A stretch of 64,000 nucleotides of DNA from Candidatus Methylomirabilales bacterium (GTDB lineage Bacteria; Methylomirabilota; Methylomirabilia; Methylomirabilales; CSP1-5), in assembly GCA_046758505.1 (NCBI GenBank), contig JBHIAH010000004.1, positions 32,001 through 96,000 of the forward strand. The letters are read 5' to 3'. The position numbers were made by a program, and so were the translations under genes. The number at the start of each line of letters is the position of its first letter. The first letter of the stretch is position 1. Below the pieces are notes generated by a model that was given only the letters and a program-made list of their open reading frames with translations, had not been told where the DNA came from and ran no database searches. Of this stretch, positions 1 through 9,443 are shown one piece after another.

Positions 1-590
1 CCGGAGGCAAAGAGAGGGCAGAACGGGTCGCCGCGCTGCTGGAGAAGGTGGGACTCGGGCGGGAACATCGGGGCCGTTACCCCCATGAATTCAGCGGCGG
101 GCAACGGCAGCGCATCGGGATCGCGCGGGCTCTGGCGGTGGAACCGGAGCTTTTGATCGCGGACGAGCCGGTATCCGCCCTGGACGTCTCGATCCAGGCT
201 CAGGTGATCAACCTCTTCCAAGATCTCCAAAAGGAGTTTGGCCTCACCTACCTGTTTATCGCTCATGATCTCAGGGTGGTCAGGCATATCAGCGAGCGGG
301 TGGCGGTCATGTATCTCGGGCAGATTGTGGAGCTGGCGGACAGCGACGCCCTCTACCGGAACCCGCTGCACCCGTACACCCAGGCCCTCCTGTCAGCCAT
401 CCCCGTTCCGAACCCACACACCGACCGGCAACGGATCGTCCTCGAGGGGGACCCGCTCGGCCCCATCCAGATCCCGTCCGGCTGTCGATTCCACCCGCGC
501 TGCCCCCAGCGTTTTGATCGGTGTGACCAGGAGGAGCCGACCCTCCGCGAGGTGTCCCCCGGGCACTGGGTGAGCTGTCACCTGTACTGA
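1..590 (+). CDS. Oligopeptide/dipeptide ABC transporter ATP-binding subunit (OppF/DppF-type), 5'-truncated by window edge
   Basis: FSGGQRQR signature, LLIADEP Walker B, HPYT and C-terminal GCRFHPRC...CHLY; frame open to window start. Confidence 0.9.
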   Translation, partial: GGKERAERVAALLEKVGLGREHRGRYPHEFSGGQRQRIGIARALAVEPELLIADEPVSALDVSIQAQVINLFQDLQKEFGLTYLFIAHDLRVVRHISERVAVMYLGQIVELADSDALYRNPLHPYTQALLSAIPVPNPHTDRQRIVLEGDPLGPIQIPSGCRFHPRCPQRFDRCDQEEPTLREVSPGHWVSCHLY

Positions 591-730
591 GTTGAGGAAG
601 GGGGAGGGACGCGAATGGTAGGGATCGAACCACCGCACGACCGGAGGCGTGATGCCCAGGCGAGGCTGGCAGACCGTCCGGAACGGTGCTATGGTGGTAT
701 GGCGAGACCGTCACGCACAGGCGAGTCCAC

Positions 731-2047
731 ATGGCGAAACTCAAGCTGATTACCTTTGGCTGTCAGGCCAATGAAGCCGACTCGGAGAAGATCGCCGGCG
801 TCTTGGCGCCGGAGGGGTTCGAACTCACCGAGACGGCAGAGGAAGCCGACCTCATCCTCCTCAACACGTGTAGCATTCGGGAAAAGGCCGAGCAAAAGGT
901 CTACAGCCTCCTGGGCACCTTTCAGAAGCTCAAGGCCCACAACCCTCGACTCAAGATCGGTCTCTGTGGATGCTTGGCCCAACGGGAGGGAGATCGGCTC
1001 AAGAGTCGCTTCCCCTACCTGGATCTGGTGGTCGGCCCTGGGGCCATGATCTATCGCATCCCGGAGATCCTGAATGGGGGTGTCGCCCAACCGCTTCTCC
1101 CCCGGCCCAAGGAACCGCTCCCCCTCTATGTGCAGTCACCCCGGCCCCGGCGCACGAGCCCCGTCAAGGCCTGGGTCAGCATCATGGAAGGGTGCAACTA
1201 CCTGTGCACCTTCTGTGTGGTGCCTTACACGCGCGGCCCGGAACGGAGCCGCCCCCCCCAGGACATCCTGGCCGAGGTGGAGGAGCTATCGAGGAAGGGC
1301 TACGCGGAGATTACGTTGCTTGGGCAGACCGTGAACGCCTACGGAAAGAACCTGAGGCCTCGGACGCGCTTTGCCGATCTGCTCAGAGCCATCGATGACC
1401 TTGCGGGAGGAGAGATCCGAATCCGCTTCACCAGCTCGCACCCGAGGGACTTCAGCCCGGACCTCATTGAAGCAATCGCAGACCTGAAGAGCGTCTGCGA
1501 GCACGTCCATTTGCCCGTCCAGGCCGGCTCGAATCGGGTGCTCGCGCGTATGCGTCGCCTCTACACCCGGGAGGAATACCTGGCGACGGCCCGTGCCCTC
1601 AGGCAGGCGGTACCCGACCTTGCCCTCAGTACGGACCTGATCGTGGGCTTTCCCGGGGAGAGCGAAGGTGATTTCGAAGAAACCCTGAGCCTCATGCGCG
1701 AGGTGCAATTCGACAGTTCGTTTGCCTTCAAGTACTCACCGAGGCCCCTCACCCCCGCTGCCACGTATTCGGATCAGGTCACCGAAGATATAAAAACGCA
1801 CCGGATCAATATTCTTCTCCAGCTCCAGGATCGGATCGCCCTGGAACGAAATCGTCGCCGAGTCGGCAAGGTCGAGGAGGTTCTGGTGGAGGAGGGGCCC
1901 AATCCAAGGATGCAAAGCGCCGCGACCGGTCGAACGCGACGAAACCAGTTGGTCCACTTCTCATGCGAATGCCTCATCCCCGGGGATACGGTCTCCGCTG
2001 TGATCACTGAGGCTTATAGCCACTACCTTAAAGGAAAGATTCTGTAA
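731..2047 (+). CDS. miaB: tRNA-2-methylthio-N6-dimethylallyladenosine synthase (radical SAM methylthiotransferase)
   Basis: TFGCQAN and NTCSIREKAE UPF0004 motifs, CNYLCTFC radical SAM motif, C-terminal TRAM; ATG 731 preferred. Confidence 0.92.
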   Translation: MAKLKLITFGCQANEADSEKIAGVLAPEGFELTETAEEADLILLNTCSIREKAEQKVYSLLGTFQKLKAHNPRLKIGLCGCLAQREGDRLKSRFPYLDLVVGPGAMIYRIPEILNGGVAQPLLPRPKEPLPLYVQSPRPRRTSPVKAWVSIMEGCNYLCTFCVVPYTRGPERSRPPQDILAEVEELSRKGYAEITLLGQTVNAYGKNLRPRTRFADLLRAIDDLAGGEIRIRFTSSHPRDFSPDLIEAIADLKSVCEHVHLPVQAGSNRVLARMRRLYTREEYLATARALRQAVPDLALSTDLIVGFPGESEGDFEETLSLMREVQFDSSFAFKYSPRPLTPAATYSDQVTEDIKTHRINILLQLQDRIALERNRRRVGKVEEVLVEEGPNPRMQSAATGRTRRNQLVHFSCECLIPGDTVSAVITEAYSHYLKGKIL

Positions 2048-2124
2048 ATCTTCCGATATGTAAGTTGGCTTACCATTAGGGTCCCCCCCGCAACAGGGGA
2101 ACGGAACAGGGCAAAAGAAAAGGT

Positions 2125-2153
2125 TTGACAGGGGGGGCAATCCTCACTATGAT
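2125..2153 (+). promoter_or_regulatory. sigma70-type promoter
   Basis: TTGACA-N17-TATGAT upstream of the SPOR gene. Confidence 0.7.
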
Positions 2154-2189
2154 ACGCAAGGTTGCGTGGACTTTCTTCAAGGAGTGTCT

Positions 2190-3164
2190 ATGAAAAAGTA
2201 TAACTTTCTTGAGGAGCCATCCGACCCGTCCGAGCCGACCGGGGACTCGAGCGGGCGCCTGAGTCCACAAGCCAGGCGGTTACTTATCATCGGCGTCGTG
2301 GGCATCATAGTCGCCGGCGGGCTTTACGTGTATACCACCTATTTTGCTGCGACCCCACCCCCCCCACCTCCTCCCATCGCCTTGCGGGGAAGGCGGGTTC
2401 AGCGGCCGAAGCCTCCGACTCGGGTGACGCCGCCTCGGCTGAGACGGGGACCGGCCAAGCCCCCGGTCCCCGCCACGGCCCCCCAGCCGGCACCGAAAGG
2501 GACCGCAGCGTCTCCACAGCGGGGAACCCTTGGCCAAAAGGCTCCGGGGGTCGCAGCCCCGCCCCAGGTACCGCGCGCCCGGCCCAAGCCAGCACCCCCC
2601 CCGATTGTGGCCGAGAAGCCGGCCCCCAAACCACCACCCGCCCCGGTGGTCGCGGAGAAGCCCACCCCAAAGGCGCTGGCTACGGTGACGAAACCCGTGA
2701 TACAGAAGGAAAGGCGATACACCCTTCAAGTCGCTTCTCTGGTTGTAAAAGGAAACGCCCTGTCCCTGATGAAGCGGTTGAAAAAGCTGGGGTACACCCC
2801 CGTCATTCACAAGACCACTGCCCCCATCACCCGCCACCGAGTGTACGGGGGAGAGTTTACAAGTCGCGAGGAGGCGGAGCAGGCCGCGCGGAGTCTGAAC
2901 GTCGACGGGTTCCCGTCGAACCTGGTGAAGGCGGAAGGCGGGAAATTCGGGCTGGAGGTGGGCTCATCCTTTCGTTTGAATGAGGCCATCGATCTGGCCC
3001 GCAGCCTGCAAAAGAAAAATTACAATCCCAAGATCGTCTCCAAGGCCACCCCCACCTTGCTGCACCAGGTCTGGGTAGGCAAGTTTGAAAACCGCCGGGA
3101 GGCCCTCAAGGCGCTTGAGGGTCTCAAGAGGCACGGGTTCACACCCCTCGTTGTAAAACGCTGA
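2190..3164 (+). CDS. Membrane-anchored SPOR-domain protein with Pro-rich linker
   Basis: N-terminal TM helix, Pro/Ala/Lys linker, four SPOR half-repeats (YTLQVAS, HRVYGGEF, FGLEVGS, HQVWVGKF); AAGGAG SD before ATG 2190. Confidence 0.8.
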   Translation: MKKYNFLEEPSDPSEPTGDSSGRLSPQARRLLIIGVVGIIVAGGLYVYTTYFAATPPPPPPPIALRGRRVQRPKPPTRVTPPRLRRGPAKPPVPATAPQPAPKGTAASPQRGTLGQKAPGVAAPPQVPRARPKPAPPPIVAEKPAPKPPPAPVVAEKPTPKALATVTKPVIQKERRYTLQVASLVVKGNALSLMKRLKKLGYTPVIHKTTAPITRHRVYGGEFTSREEAEQAARSLNVDGFPSNLVKAEGGKFGLEVGSSFRLNEAIDLARSLQKKNYNPKIVSKATPTLLHQVWVGKFENRREALKALEGLKRHGFTPLVVKR

Positions 3165-3245
3165 ATCGGTGTTCGTGAAACGTCTTGGAAACGGGGAGGC
3201 GTGTCTGCGGCTCCGCAGGGCCGGAGCGGAAAGGAGGTGACCACC

Positions 3246-3524
3246 ATGACCAAAGCAGACCTCGCGGCGCTTGTGGCGGAGAAAGGGCTGACAAAAAAAC
3301 AGGCAATGGAGGCGGTGGAGGCAACCTTTGAAGCCTTGAAGGATGCGATGAGCAAAGGGGAAAAGATCCAGTTGGTCGGATTTGGATCGTTTCAGGTCCG
3401 GGCCAAGCGGGCTCGAAAGGGGCGGAATCCACAGACGGGATCAGAGATTGTCATTGCCGCACGCAGGGTTCTCAAATTCAAACCTGGGAAGGCCCTTCAA
3501 CAGGCGGTAAACTCCCAGGGGTAG
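3246..3524 (+). CDS. HU/IHF family DNA-binding protein (HU-like)
   Basis: MTKADL, GFGSF, GRNPQTG motifs; AAGGAGG SD. Confidence 0.9.
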   Translation: MTKADLAALVAEKGLTKKQAMEAVEATFEALKDAMSKGEKIQLVGFGSFQVRAKRARKGRNPQTGSEIVIAARRVLKFKPGKALQQAVNSQG

Positions 3525-3542
3525 CCCAGGAGGATACGTAGC

Positions 3543-3944
3543 GTGGCGAACCAGACACGGAGAGACATTTCAACGTCCCGGCGGGAGGCGAGGCGGGGGA
3601 CGCTGCGTGCGTCTCCAAAGAGGGAACCGATCCCGGATAAGCTGTACTTCCGCATCGGTGAGGTGGCACGGCTCACCGGTATCCAACCCTATATCCTGCG
3701 GTATTGGGAATCGGAGTTTCCTGTTCTCCAGCCTAAGAAGAGTGGCACCGGCCAGCGACTCTACCGGAAGCGGGACATCGAAATCATTTTGAAGATCAAG
3801 GAGCTGCTTTACGATCAGCGCTATACGATCGCTGGGGCGAGGCGGCGGCTCCAAGATGAGCTGGAACCGCTTGATCTCCTCCAGCAGGTCCAGCGGATCC
3901 GGGAAGGGCTCGAAGCCCTCGGTACACTCCTCAATCGATCGTAG
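3543..3944 (+). CDS. MerR-family HTH transcriptional regulator
   Basis: YFRIGEVA...LRYWESEF...GQRLY; typical position after an HU/IHF gene. Confidence 0.88.
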   Translation: MANQTRRDISTSRREARRGTLRASPKREPIPDKLYFRIGEVARLTGIQPYILRYWESEFPVLQPKKSGTGQRLYRKRDIEIILKIKELLYDQRYTIAGARRRLQDELEPLDLLQQVQRIREGLEALGTLLNRS

Positions 3945-3958
3945 CTCCTGGGGAGAAT

Positions 3959-3978
3959 CGGGGCGTGGCGCAGCCTGG
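3959..3978 (+). repeat. 5' fragment of tRNA-Pro (20-bp direct repeat of 5366-5385)
   Basis: CGGGGCGTGGCGCAGCCTGG is identical to the first 20 nt of the tRNA-Pro(GGG) gene, then diverges. Confidence 0.9.
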
Positions 3979-4011
3979 GTCCCCCCGATATAGGGGGCGG
4001 GCGAACGGAGC

Positions 4012-4056
4012 AAAACCCCTCGGTGAGTCGCGGGCTTACCGGGGGGTTTTCTTTCT
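4012..4056 (+). terminator. Intrinsic terminator-like hairpin
   Basis: AAAACCCCTCGGTGAGTC-GCG-GGCTTACCGGGGGGTTTT stem (with G-U pairs) followed by CTTTCT. Confidence 0.7.
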
Positions 4057-4204
4057 CCCGTTGGCCGAACGAGGGGGGCTTGGGGCGGGCTTCGGGCGGG
4101 CGCAGGCATATGTACGGGCATACCGTCTGACTTACCTTGACGCTCCTGACCCAGGATGCGCATACCGGCAAGCAATCATGCCTGACCGGATTTGGGTCGA
4201 TTCA

Positions 4205-4220
4205 TGGCACGAACTTTGAA
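4205..4220 (+). promoter_or_regulatory. Putative sigma54 (-24/-12) promoter
   Basis: TGGCAC-GAAC-TTTGAA; -24 box exact, -12 box TTGA instead of TTGC. Confidence 0.5.
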
Positions 4221-4338
4221 TACACCGTACAGTGTGTCGCCTCGCTTTCCATCCCGACGGGGCTGGCCTCGGGGGTTTGGCGCCTTCATATCCACCCGGC
4301 GATGGTGGCGGAACTGGATTGACCAGACGAGGGGATAA

Positions 4339-5172
4339 ATGTACGAAGAGTATTGGGGCCTGAGCCGGGCACCATTTCAGACCGTCCCCGACCCGGATTT
4401 TTTCTGCCTTTTCCCTGCGTACCAAGAGGCCTTGGAGAGGCTCTTCTACGTCGTCGAGTACGGCAAGGGGGCCGCCATGCTTACCGGAGAGATCGGGGCC
4501 GGGAAGACTACCCTGAGTCGGGTGTTCCTCCTTCGGCTGGACGAGGAGAGGTACGACGTCGGCCTCGTGATCAACCCCGCCCTCCGTCGCGACGAGCTCT
4601 TATACGAGATCGCCCTGCAGCTCGGGACCCCCCCGCCGAAGGACGCGCGAATTTCCATCTTCCGTGCCATCAACGAACGGCTGTTGGCGAACGCCCAGCA
4701 GGAACGCGGGACCGTCTTGATCATCGATGAGGCCCAGACGATCACGCAGAAGGCCGCCCTCGAGGATCTCAGGATGTTGTTGAATTTCCAGTTCAGCGAC
4801 CGGCATCTTCTTTCCATAATCTTGTTCGGGCAGCCCGATCTGCGAGAGACACTCGCCCGGCAGAGGGCACTCGATCAACGGATCGCCATCCGCCTGCACC
4901 TCGGCCCCCTGGGCGTGGTGGAGACCGTCTCCTACATCGAGTTTCGTCTGGAGAAGGCTGGAGCCACCCGGCCGATCTTCACCGACGAGGCAATCAATAT
5001 CATCCATCGGGCGGCGTGGGGAATCCCCCGGAGCATCAACCACCTCTGCGACCTTTGTCTCTTCGAGGGTATGCACAGGAAGGTGACGGAGATCGACGCC
5101 TCACTCGCCAAGGCGGTTCGGGGCGAGTCGGAGACAAGCCGAAGGAAGTACAGGGCAGGCCTTCTCATCTAA
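4339..5172 (+). CDS. ExeA/GspA-family AAA ATPase
   Basis: MYEEYWGL..PF..PDP N-terminus, Walker A GEIGAGKT, Walker B LIIDEAQ, LFGQP, GIPRSIN. Confidence 0.88.
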   Translation: MYEEYWGLSRAPFQTVPDPDFFCLFPAYQEALERLFYVVEYGKGAAMLTGEIGAGKTTLSRVFLLRLDEERYDVGLVINPALRRDELLYEIALQLGTPPPKDARISIFRAINERLLANAQQERGTVLIIDEAQTITQKAALEDLRMLLNFQFSDRHLLSIILFGQPDLRETLARQRALDQRIAIRLHLGPLGVVETVSYIEFRLEKAGATRPIFTDEAINIIHRAAWGIPRSINHLCDLCLFEGMHRKVTEIDASLAKAVRGESETSRRKYRAGLLI

Positions 5173-5327
5173 CCCTTCTTCCCACTCCGAGTACGCACCG
5201 TGAGCTTCGGGCACCGTTTCGCTTGCCGAGGGGGCCGACATCACGCATCATTACCGGCACCGGTGGCGTGGAGGGGGCCTCCCGAGGCTGGGAGTTCCCC
5301 CGGAGGTTACGTCGGCCCATTCCCGCC

Positions 5328-5356
5328 TTGACTCACACCCCACAAACCTGTAACTT
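5328..5356 (+). promoter_or_regulatory. sigma70-type promoter for tRNA-Pro/surE
   Basis: TTGACT-N17-TAACTT ending 9 nt before the tRNA. Confidence 0.6.
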
Positions 5357-5365
5357 CTATTGGGC

Positions 5366-5442
5366 CGGGGCGTGGCGCAGCCTGGTAGCGCACTGGCATG
5401 GGGGGCCAGTGGTCGCCCGTTCGAATCGGGTCGCCCCGACCA
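5366..5442 (+). tRNA. tRNA-Pro (anticodon GGG)
   Basis: 77-nt cloverleaf; anticodon arm CTGGC-ATGGGGG-GCCAG; TTCGAAT T-loop; encoded CCA. Confidence 0.95.
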
Positions 5443-5506
5443 GCTCTCATGTGTAAGAGGGTCCGTGCGTCTTCTGCATTTCCTCGATCAGGACATTTGC
5501 GGGCTT

Positions 5507-6259
5507 ATGCCGACACAGCCGACGATCTTGCTAACCAACGACGACGGCATCCACTCCCCTGGGCTGAAGACGGTAGCCGAGGCCTTGAAAGAAATCGGGG
5601 AGCTGTATGTGATCGCTCCCGACCGGGAGCGGAGTGCCGCCGGGCACTCGCTTACGTTACATAAACCCCTCCGGGCCACGGAGGTTGCCCCCTGTTGGTA
5701 CGTGGTGGATGGCACCCCTACCGACTGTGTGACCCTCGGGGTCATGGGGATGCTCAAGGAGAAGCCGCACCTCGTGGTCTCGGGGATCAATCTGGGGGCA
5801 AACCTGGGTGATGACATCACGTACTCGGGGACCGTTTCGGCGGCCGTCGAGGGAACCCTCTTGGGCATTCCTGCCTTCGCCATCTCGGCGGTGGACTCTG
5901 CGGCGCAAGACTTGGGCGCCGCAGCGGACTTTGGGGCACGCCTGGCCCTGCTCGTCCTCGATCGAGGCCTCCCTCGTGATACCCTGCTCAACGTCAATGT
6001 GCCTGCCGGCGCGGTGACGGGAGTGGCGGTCACCCGACAGGGAAAGCGGAGCTACACCGAGCTCATCGTGGAAAAGACGGACCCCCGGGGGAAAACCTAT
6101 TACTGGATTGGAGGAGGCGAGCCCACCTGGGAGCTCCTGGGGGGGACCGATTACGAGGCGGTGGTGGAGGGGAGAGTCTCGATCACCCCGCTCCATCTCG
6201 ACCTGACCAACTATGCGGCAACGCAGACCCTTAAGACCTGGGAGGCTCTCCTGGCGTGA
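5507..6259 (+). CDS. surE: 5'/3'-nucleotidase SurE
   Basis: ILLTNDDG, GTPTDCV, SGINLGAN, YSGTV motifs. Confidence 0.95.
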   Translation: MPTQPTILLTNDDGIHSPGLKTVAEALKEIGELYVIAPDRERSAAGHSLTLHKPLRATEVAPCWYVVDGTPTDCVTLGVMGMLKEKPHLVVSGINLGANLGDDITYSGTVSAAVEGTLLGIPAFAISAVDSAAQDLGAAADFGARLALLVLDRGLPRDTLLNVNVPAGAVTGVAVTRQGKRSYTELIVEKTDPRGKTYYWIGGGEPTWELLGGTDYEAVVEGRVSITPLHLDLTNYAATQTLKTWEALLA

Positions 6260-7014
6260 CGGGATCTTTCATGCCGTGGCGCGCGGTTTACTTTCATGCC
6301 CAGCAGGGCTGCACGCATGGGACAGGAAACGGGTGGGGCGGCGTACCCGATGATCAGGCTGCAGCCAGGGAACGCATGGTCAAAGAGCAGCTGGAACGGC
6401 GGGGAATCACCGATCCTCGGGTTCTGGCGGCGATGCGCAAGGTTCCGCGCCACCTGTTCGTTGATCCTTCCTTGGGGTGGCGGGCTTACGAAGACTCGCC
6501 ACTGGCCATTGGGGAGGGGCAGACGATCTCCCAGCCGTACATGGTGGCGGTCATGACCGCCACCCTCGCCCTTCAGGGGAGCGAACGCGTGCTGGAGATC
6601 GGAACCGGGTCGGGATATCAGACCGCCGTCTTGGCAGAGTTGGCCGCCTGGGTCTATTCCATCGAGCGCATTCCCACCCTGGCCGAGTGCGCCCAAAAGA
6701 CCCTCGCACGCCAGGGCTATACCAATGTCTCCATCCGGGTCAGCGATGGGAGCATGGGGTGGCCGGAGGCCGCCCCCTTTGAGGCGATAGTGGTGACGGC
6801 CGGTGCTCCCCACGTTCCGCCACCCCTTGTGGAACAGCTCCAGGTCGGCGGGCGGCTCGTGATTCCCGTCGGGTCTTCCCATGCGCAAACCTTGCGGCGG
6901 GTGCTCAGAAAAAAGGATAGGGTCGAAGAGGAAGAGTTGGTCGCTTGTGTCTTTGTCAGGTTAGTGGGCGAACACGGGTGGCAAGAACAAGAAGAGGAGG
7001 ATGGGCAGCGATAG
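6256..7014 (+). CDS. pcm: Protein-L-isoaspartate O-methyltransferase (true start may be further downstream)
   Basis: VPRHLF, GQTISQPY, LEIGTGSGYQ, GGRLVIPVG; follows surE. Confidence 0.93.
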   Translation: MTGSFMPWRAVYFHAQQGCTHGTGNGWGGVPDDQAAARERMVKEQLERRGITDPRVLAAMRKVPRHLFVDPSLGWRAYEDSPLAIGEGQTISQPYMVAVMTATLALQGSERVLEIGTGSGYQTAVLAELAAWVYSIERIPTLAECAQKTLARQGYTNVSIRVSDGSMGWPEAAPFEAIVVTAGAPHVPPPLVEQLQVGGRLVIPVGSSHAQTLRRVLRKKDRVEEEELVACVFVRLVGEHGWQEQEEEDGQR

Positions 7015-7017
7015 GTG

Positions 7018-7095
<78 letters not shown>

Positions 7096-7260
7096 ATCGC
7101 ATGCTCTGGCGCTTTGCCCGCAAGACACCGAACCTGCGAGGCCCCCGACAGGCGCCGAGACGAATGGTGAAACCTGCTCGGTTTGGCCGCGCGGGAGTCG
7201 ACGACGATATCGGGCGAGCACCCCCGCGTACTGCAGCACGTTCGCACCGTCCGGGGAGAA

Positions 7261-7551
7261 ATGGATCCGAAGAAGGCATCGCTGAAGGCGCGGGTCATCG
7301 GAAGGGTCCAAGGCGTCGGGTACCGATACTTCACTGAGCGTGTGGTTGCAGAGATCGGACTTTCCGGCTACGTCATGAATTGTCGCGACGGCAGTGTCGA
7401 GGTGATGGTTGAGGGGGAGCGGCACGCGCTGGATCAACTCCTTCCCCTCCTGAAGCAGGGTCCCTTCGGCGCTCGCGTGGAAAAGGTAGAGGAGACCTGG
7501 GGGCCCTATACGGGACAGTTTACGGGGTTTGCGGTTCGGTTTGGGGGGTGA
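7261..7551 (+). CDS. acyP: Acylphosphatase
   Basis: GRVQGVGYR and GYVMN..DGSVE motifs; GGAG SD before ATG 7261. Confidence 0.9.
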   Translation: MDPKKASLKARVIGRVQGVGYRYFTERVVAEIGLSGYVMNCRDGSVEVMVEGERHALDQLLPLLKQGPFGARVEKVEETWGPYTGQFTGFAVRFGG

Positions 7552-7560
7552 GGGGAGACA

Positions 7561-8091
7561 ATGGTGGAGGAGACGATCAACAGCCTGAGGGGGAAAATTC
7601 GGGATATTCCCGATTTCCCGAAGCCGGGGGTGGTCTTTAAGGACATCACCCCCCTCCTTGCCGACGCGCAAGCCTTCCGGACGGCGCTCGACCTGCTCGG
7701 GGATCGGTATCGGGACCAGGGAGTGCAGGTGGTCGTCAGCGTCGAAGCCCGGGGGTTTATCATTGGCTCCGCCTTGGCGTATAAGCTGGGCGCCGGCCAT
7801 GCGGTGATCCGAAAGGCGGGGAAGCTCCCCTTCAAAACGCATCGCGCGGTCTATCACTTGGAGTATGGGACGGACACGTTGGAGATCCACGCGGATGCCC
7901 TGCAGCCTGGGGCACGGGTCCTCATCGCCGACGACGTCTTGGCAACCGGAGGAACTGTTGCCGCTGCCATCGATCTGGTGAACACGCTCGGAGGACAGAT
8001 CTTGGGACTCGCCTTCCTGGTCGAGCTCACCTTTCTCAAGGGTCGAGAAAAGCTCGATCATTATCCCCTCTTTTCCCTAATCAAGTATTAG
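7561..8091 (+). CDS. apt: Adenine phosphoribosyltransferase
   Basis: IPDFPKPGVVFKDIT, EARGF, RKAGKLP, LEYG, DDVLATGGT. Confidence 0.96.
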   Translation: MVEETINSLRGKIRDIPDFPKPGVVFKDITPLLADAQAFRTALDLLGDRYRDQGVQVVVSVEARGFIIGSALAYKLGAGHAVIRKAGKLPFKTHRAVYHLEYGTDTLEIHADALQPGARVLIADDVLATGGTVAAAIDLVNTLGGQILGLAFLVELTFLKGREKLDHYPLFSLIKY

Positions 8092-8212
8092 CGTCTCTTC
8101 TTTCACCGCATCCGCCGTCCTTCTGGACGCACCGCCGACGGCGGACGCGGGTCTCCGAAGCACACACCCGCGGTTCTGGTGGCTTGACGGGGGGGTCCAG
8201 TGAAGGAACCCC

Positions 8213-8731
8213 TTAGGATGTGGATTCGTGTGGTTCGGTCAGGGGGATTCCGGCGGCCTTGAGCTGAAGGACCCTGCGGGCCCGATCACGGCCTGGGGAT
8301 CGAGGCTTCGCTCGAAGGTGCTCGGTGATTTTTGGCAGGACTTTTTTGATGAGGTCGTGCCACGCCGCCACGGTCTTGGGGGCTCCATCAGTCGTGGCAA
8401 GCTCGTAATACAGCAAATACTCGGGGTGGGAGGGGCCAATGGCGAGGTCCCGTAGGCACAACCGCAGGCTTTCTCTGGCTGCAACCTGCGCGGGAGCCAT
8501 CCCATCGTACGAGGGGTCCGATCCCAGCAAATAGTCGGTCGAGACTTCAAGGGCCCTGGCCAGCCTGCTGAGCGCATCCCCCCTGGGCTCAGAGGCGCCA
8601 CGGAGCCACTCGTAGACCGAAGCCTGCTTGAGGCCTGTCCGGGCTATCAGGTCGGCTTTCCGCCATCCCTTGGCCTCCAACAGGCCTACAAGCCTGCAAC
8701 CGAACTGTCTGGTTGTGTCTTTCCGGCTCAT
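8213..8731 (-). CDS. XRE/Cro-CI family HTH regulator with uncharacterised C-terminal region
   Basis: KADLIARTGLKQASVYEWLRG..P....LARALEVSTDYLLG HTH_XRE pattern. Confidence 0.8.
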   Translation of the reverse strand: MSRKDTTRQFGCRLVGLLEAKGWRKADLIARTGLKQASVYEWLRGASEPRGDALSRLARALEVSTDYLLGSDPSYDGMAPAQVAARESLRLCLRDLAIGPSHPEYLLYYELATTDGAPKTVAAWHDLIKKVLPKITEHLRAKPRSPGRDRARRVLQLKAAGIPLTEPHESTS

Positions 8732-8740
8732 CGTTCCATC

Positions 8741-8805
8741 ATGGTAGAACAACCGAGGGGGATTGTCAAATTTTTCTTGACAAGGATATAATCATGGTCT
8801 ATATA
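8741..8805. promoter_or_regulatory. Back-to-back divergent sigma70 promoters with a palindrome over both -35 boxes
   Basis: Minus: TTGACA(8769-8764)-N17-TACCAT; plus: TTGACA(8777-8782)-N17-TATATA; TTGTCAA-N7-TTGACAA inverted repeat. Confidence 0.7.
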
Positions 8806-8940
8806 TACATAAATAATTATGTTTTTTCGTTCTTGGGTTACGAACCGCCGGAAGGAGATGGGATGCGGTTCAACCCATTTTTAAGGGCCGATTCCTTTCA
8901 GGCCCCCGCGGTGAGGAACGGGAGTGAGGAGGGAAGAGCA

Positions 8941-9297
8941 ATGAAGAGGATCGCGGCAATTCTGCTCGGCCTGCTTCTTGTGACGCAGAGCACAGTGCTC
9001 TGGGCGGAGTCCGACCCCCACGAGAGCACGTTCGAGCAAGTTGGACTCGGGACCGGGAGCGTAGTCGGGTCGGTGGTCTACTTCCCCCTGAAGACGACCT
9101 TCTGCCTCTTGGGGGGAGTCGGGAGCATCTATACCCGTATCTTCGTCGGCCCCCGAGCCACCCATGAGCTCGTCAGCCTCACCTGCCGGGGGACCTGGGC
9201 CATCACGCCCGCCACGCTGAAGGGACAGGAATCGGTCACGTTCGTGGGGGATGTCCCCCCCTTTGAAGACGACATGCCACCGGAAGAAGGGTATTAG
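8941..9297 (+). CDS. Hypothetical exported/membrane protein
   Basis: GAGGAGG SD, MKRIAAILLGLLL..LWA signal peptide, Gly-rich hydrophobic segments. Confidence 0.65.
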   Translation: MKRIAAILLGLLLVTQSTVLWAESDPHESTFEQVGLGTGSVVGSVVYFPLKTTFCLLGGVGSIYTRIFVGPRATHELVSLTCRGTWAITPATLKGQESVTFVGDVPPFEDDMPPEEGY

Positions 9298-9443
9298 ACG
9301 GTCACGCGGAAGGGGATCTCTCCTGGACCGCATCCTGGAAGGCCAGGACGATCCCTCTCTCGGCCGAGCCAGTACCGGCGGATCGCTCGCTCGGGACCGA
9401 ATTCCTTGGAAAGGCTACAGACACGAGCACAAGGAGGGGAGTT

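Noticed and set aside
3959..4060. A fourth tRNA or an intron-containing tRNA-Pro
   Set aside because: Only the first 20 nt match; no anticodon arm, T arm or acceptor 3' strand follows
5360..5506. N-terminal extension of SurE in the ORF track
   Set aside because: It overlaps the tRNA-Pro gene; SurE homology begins at ATG 5507
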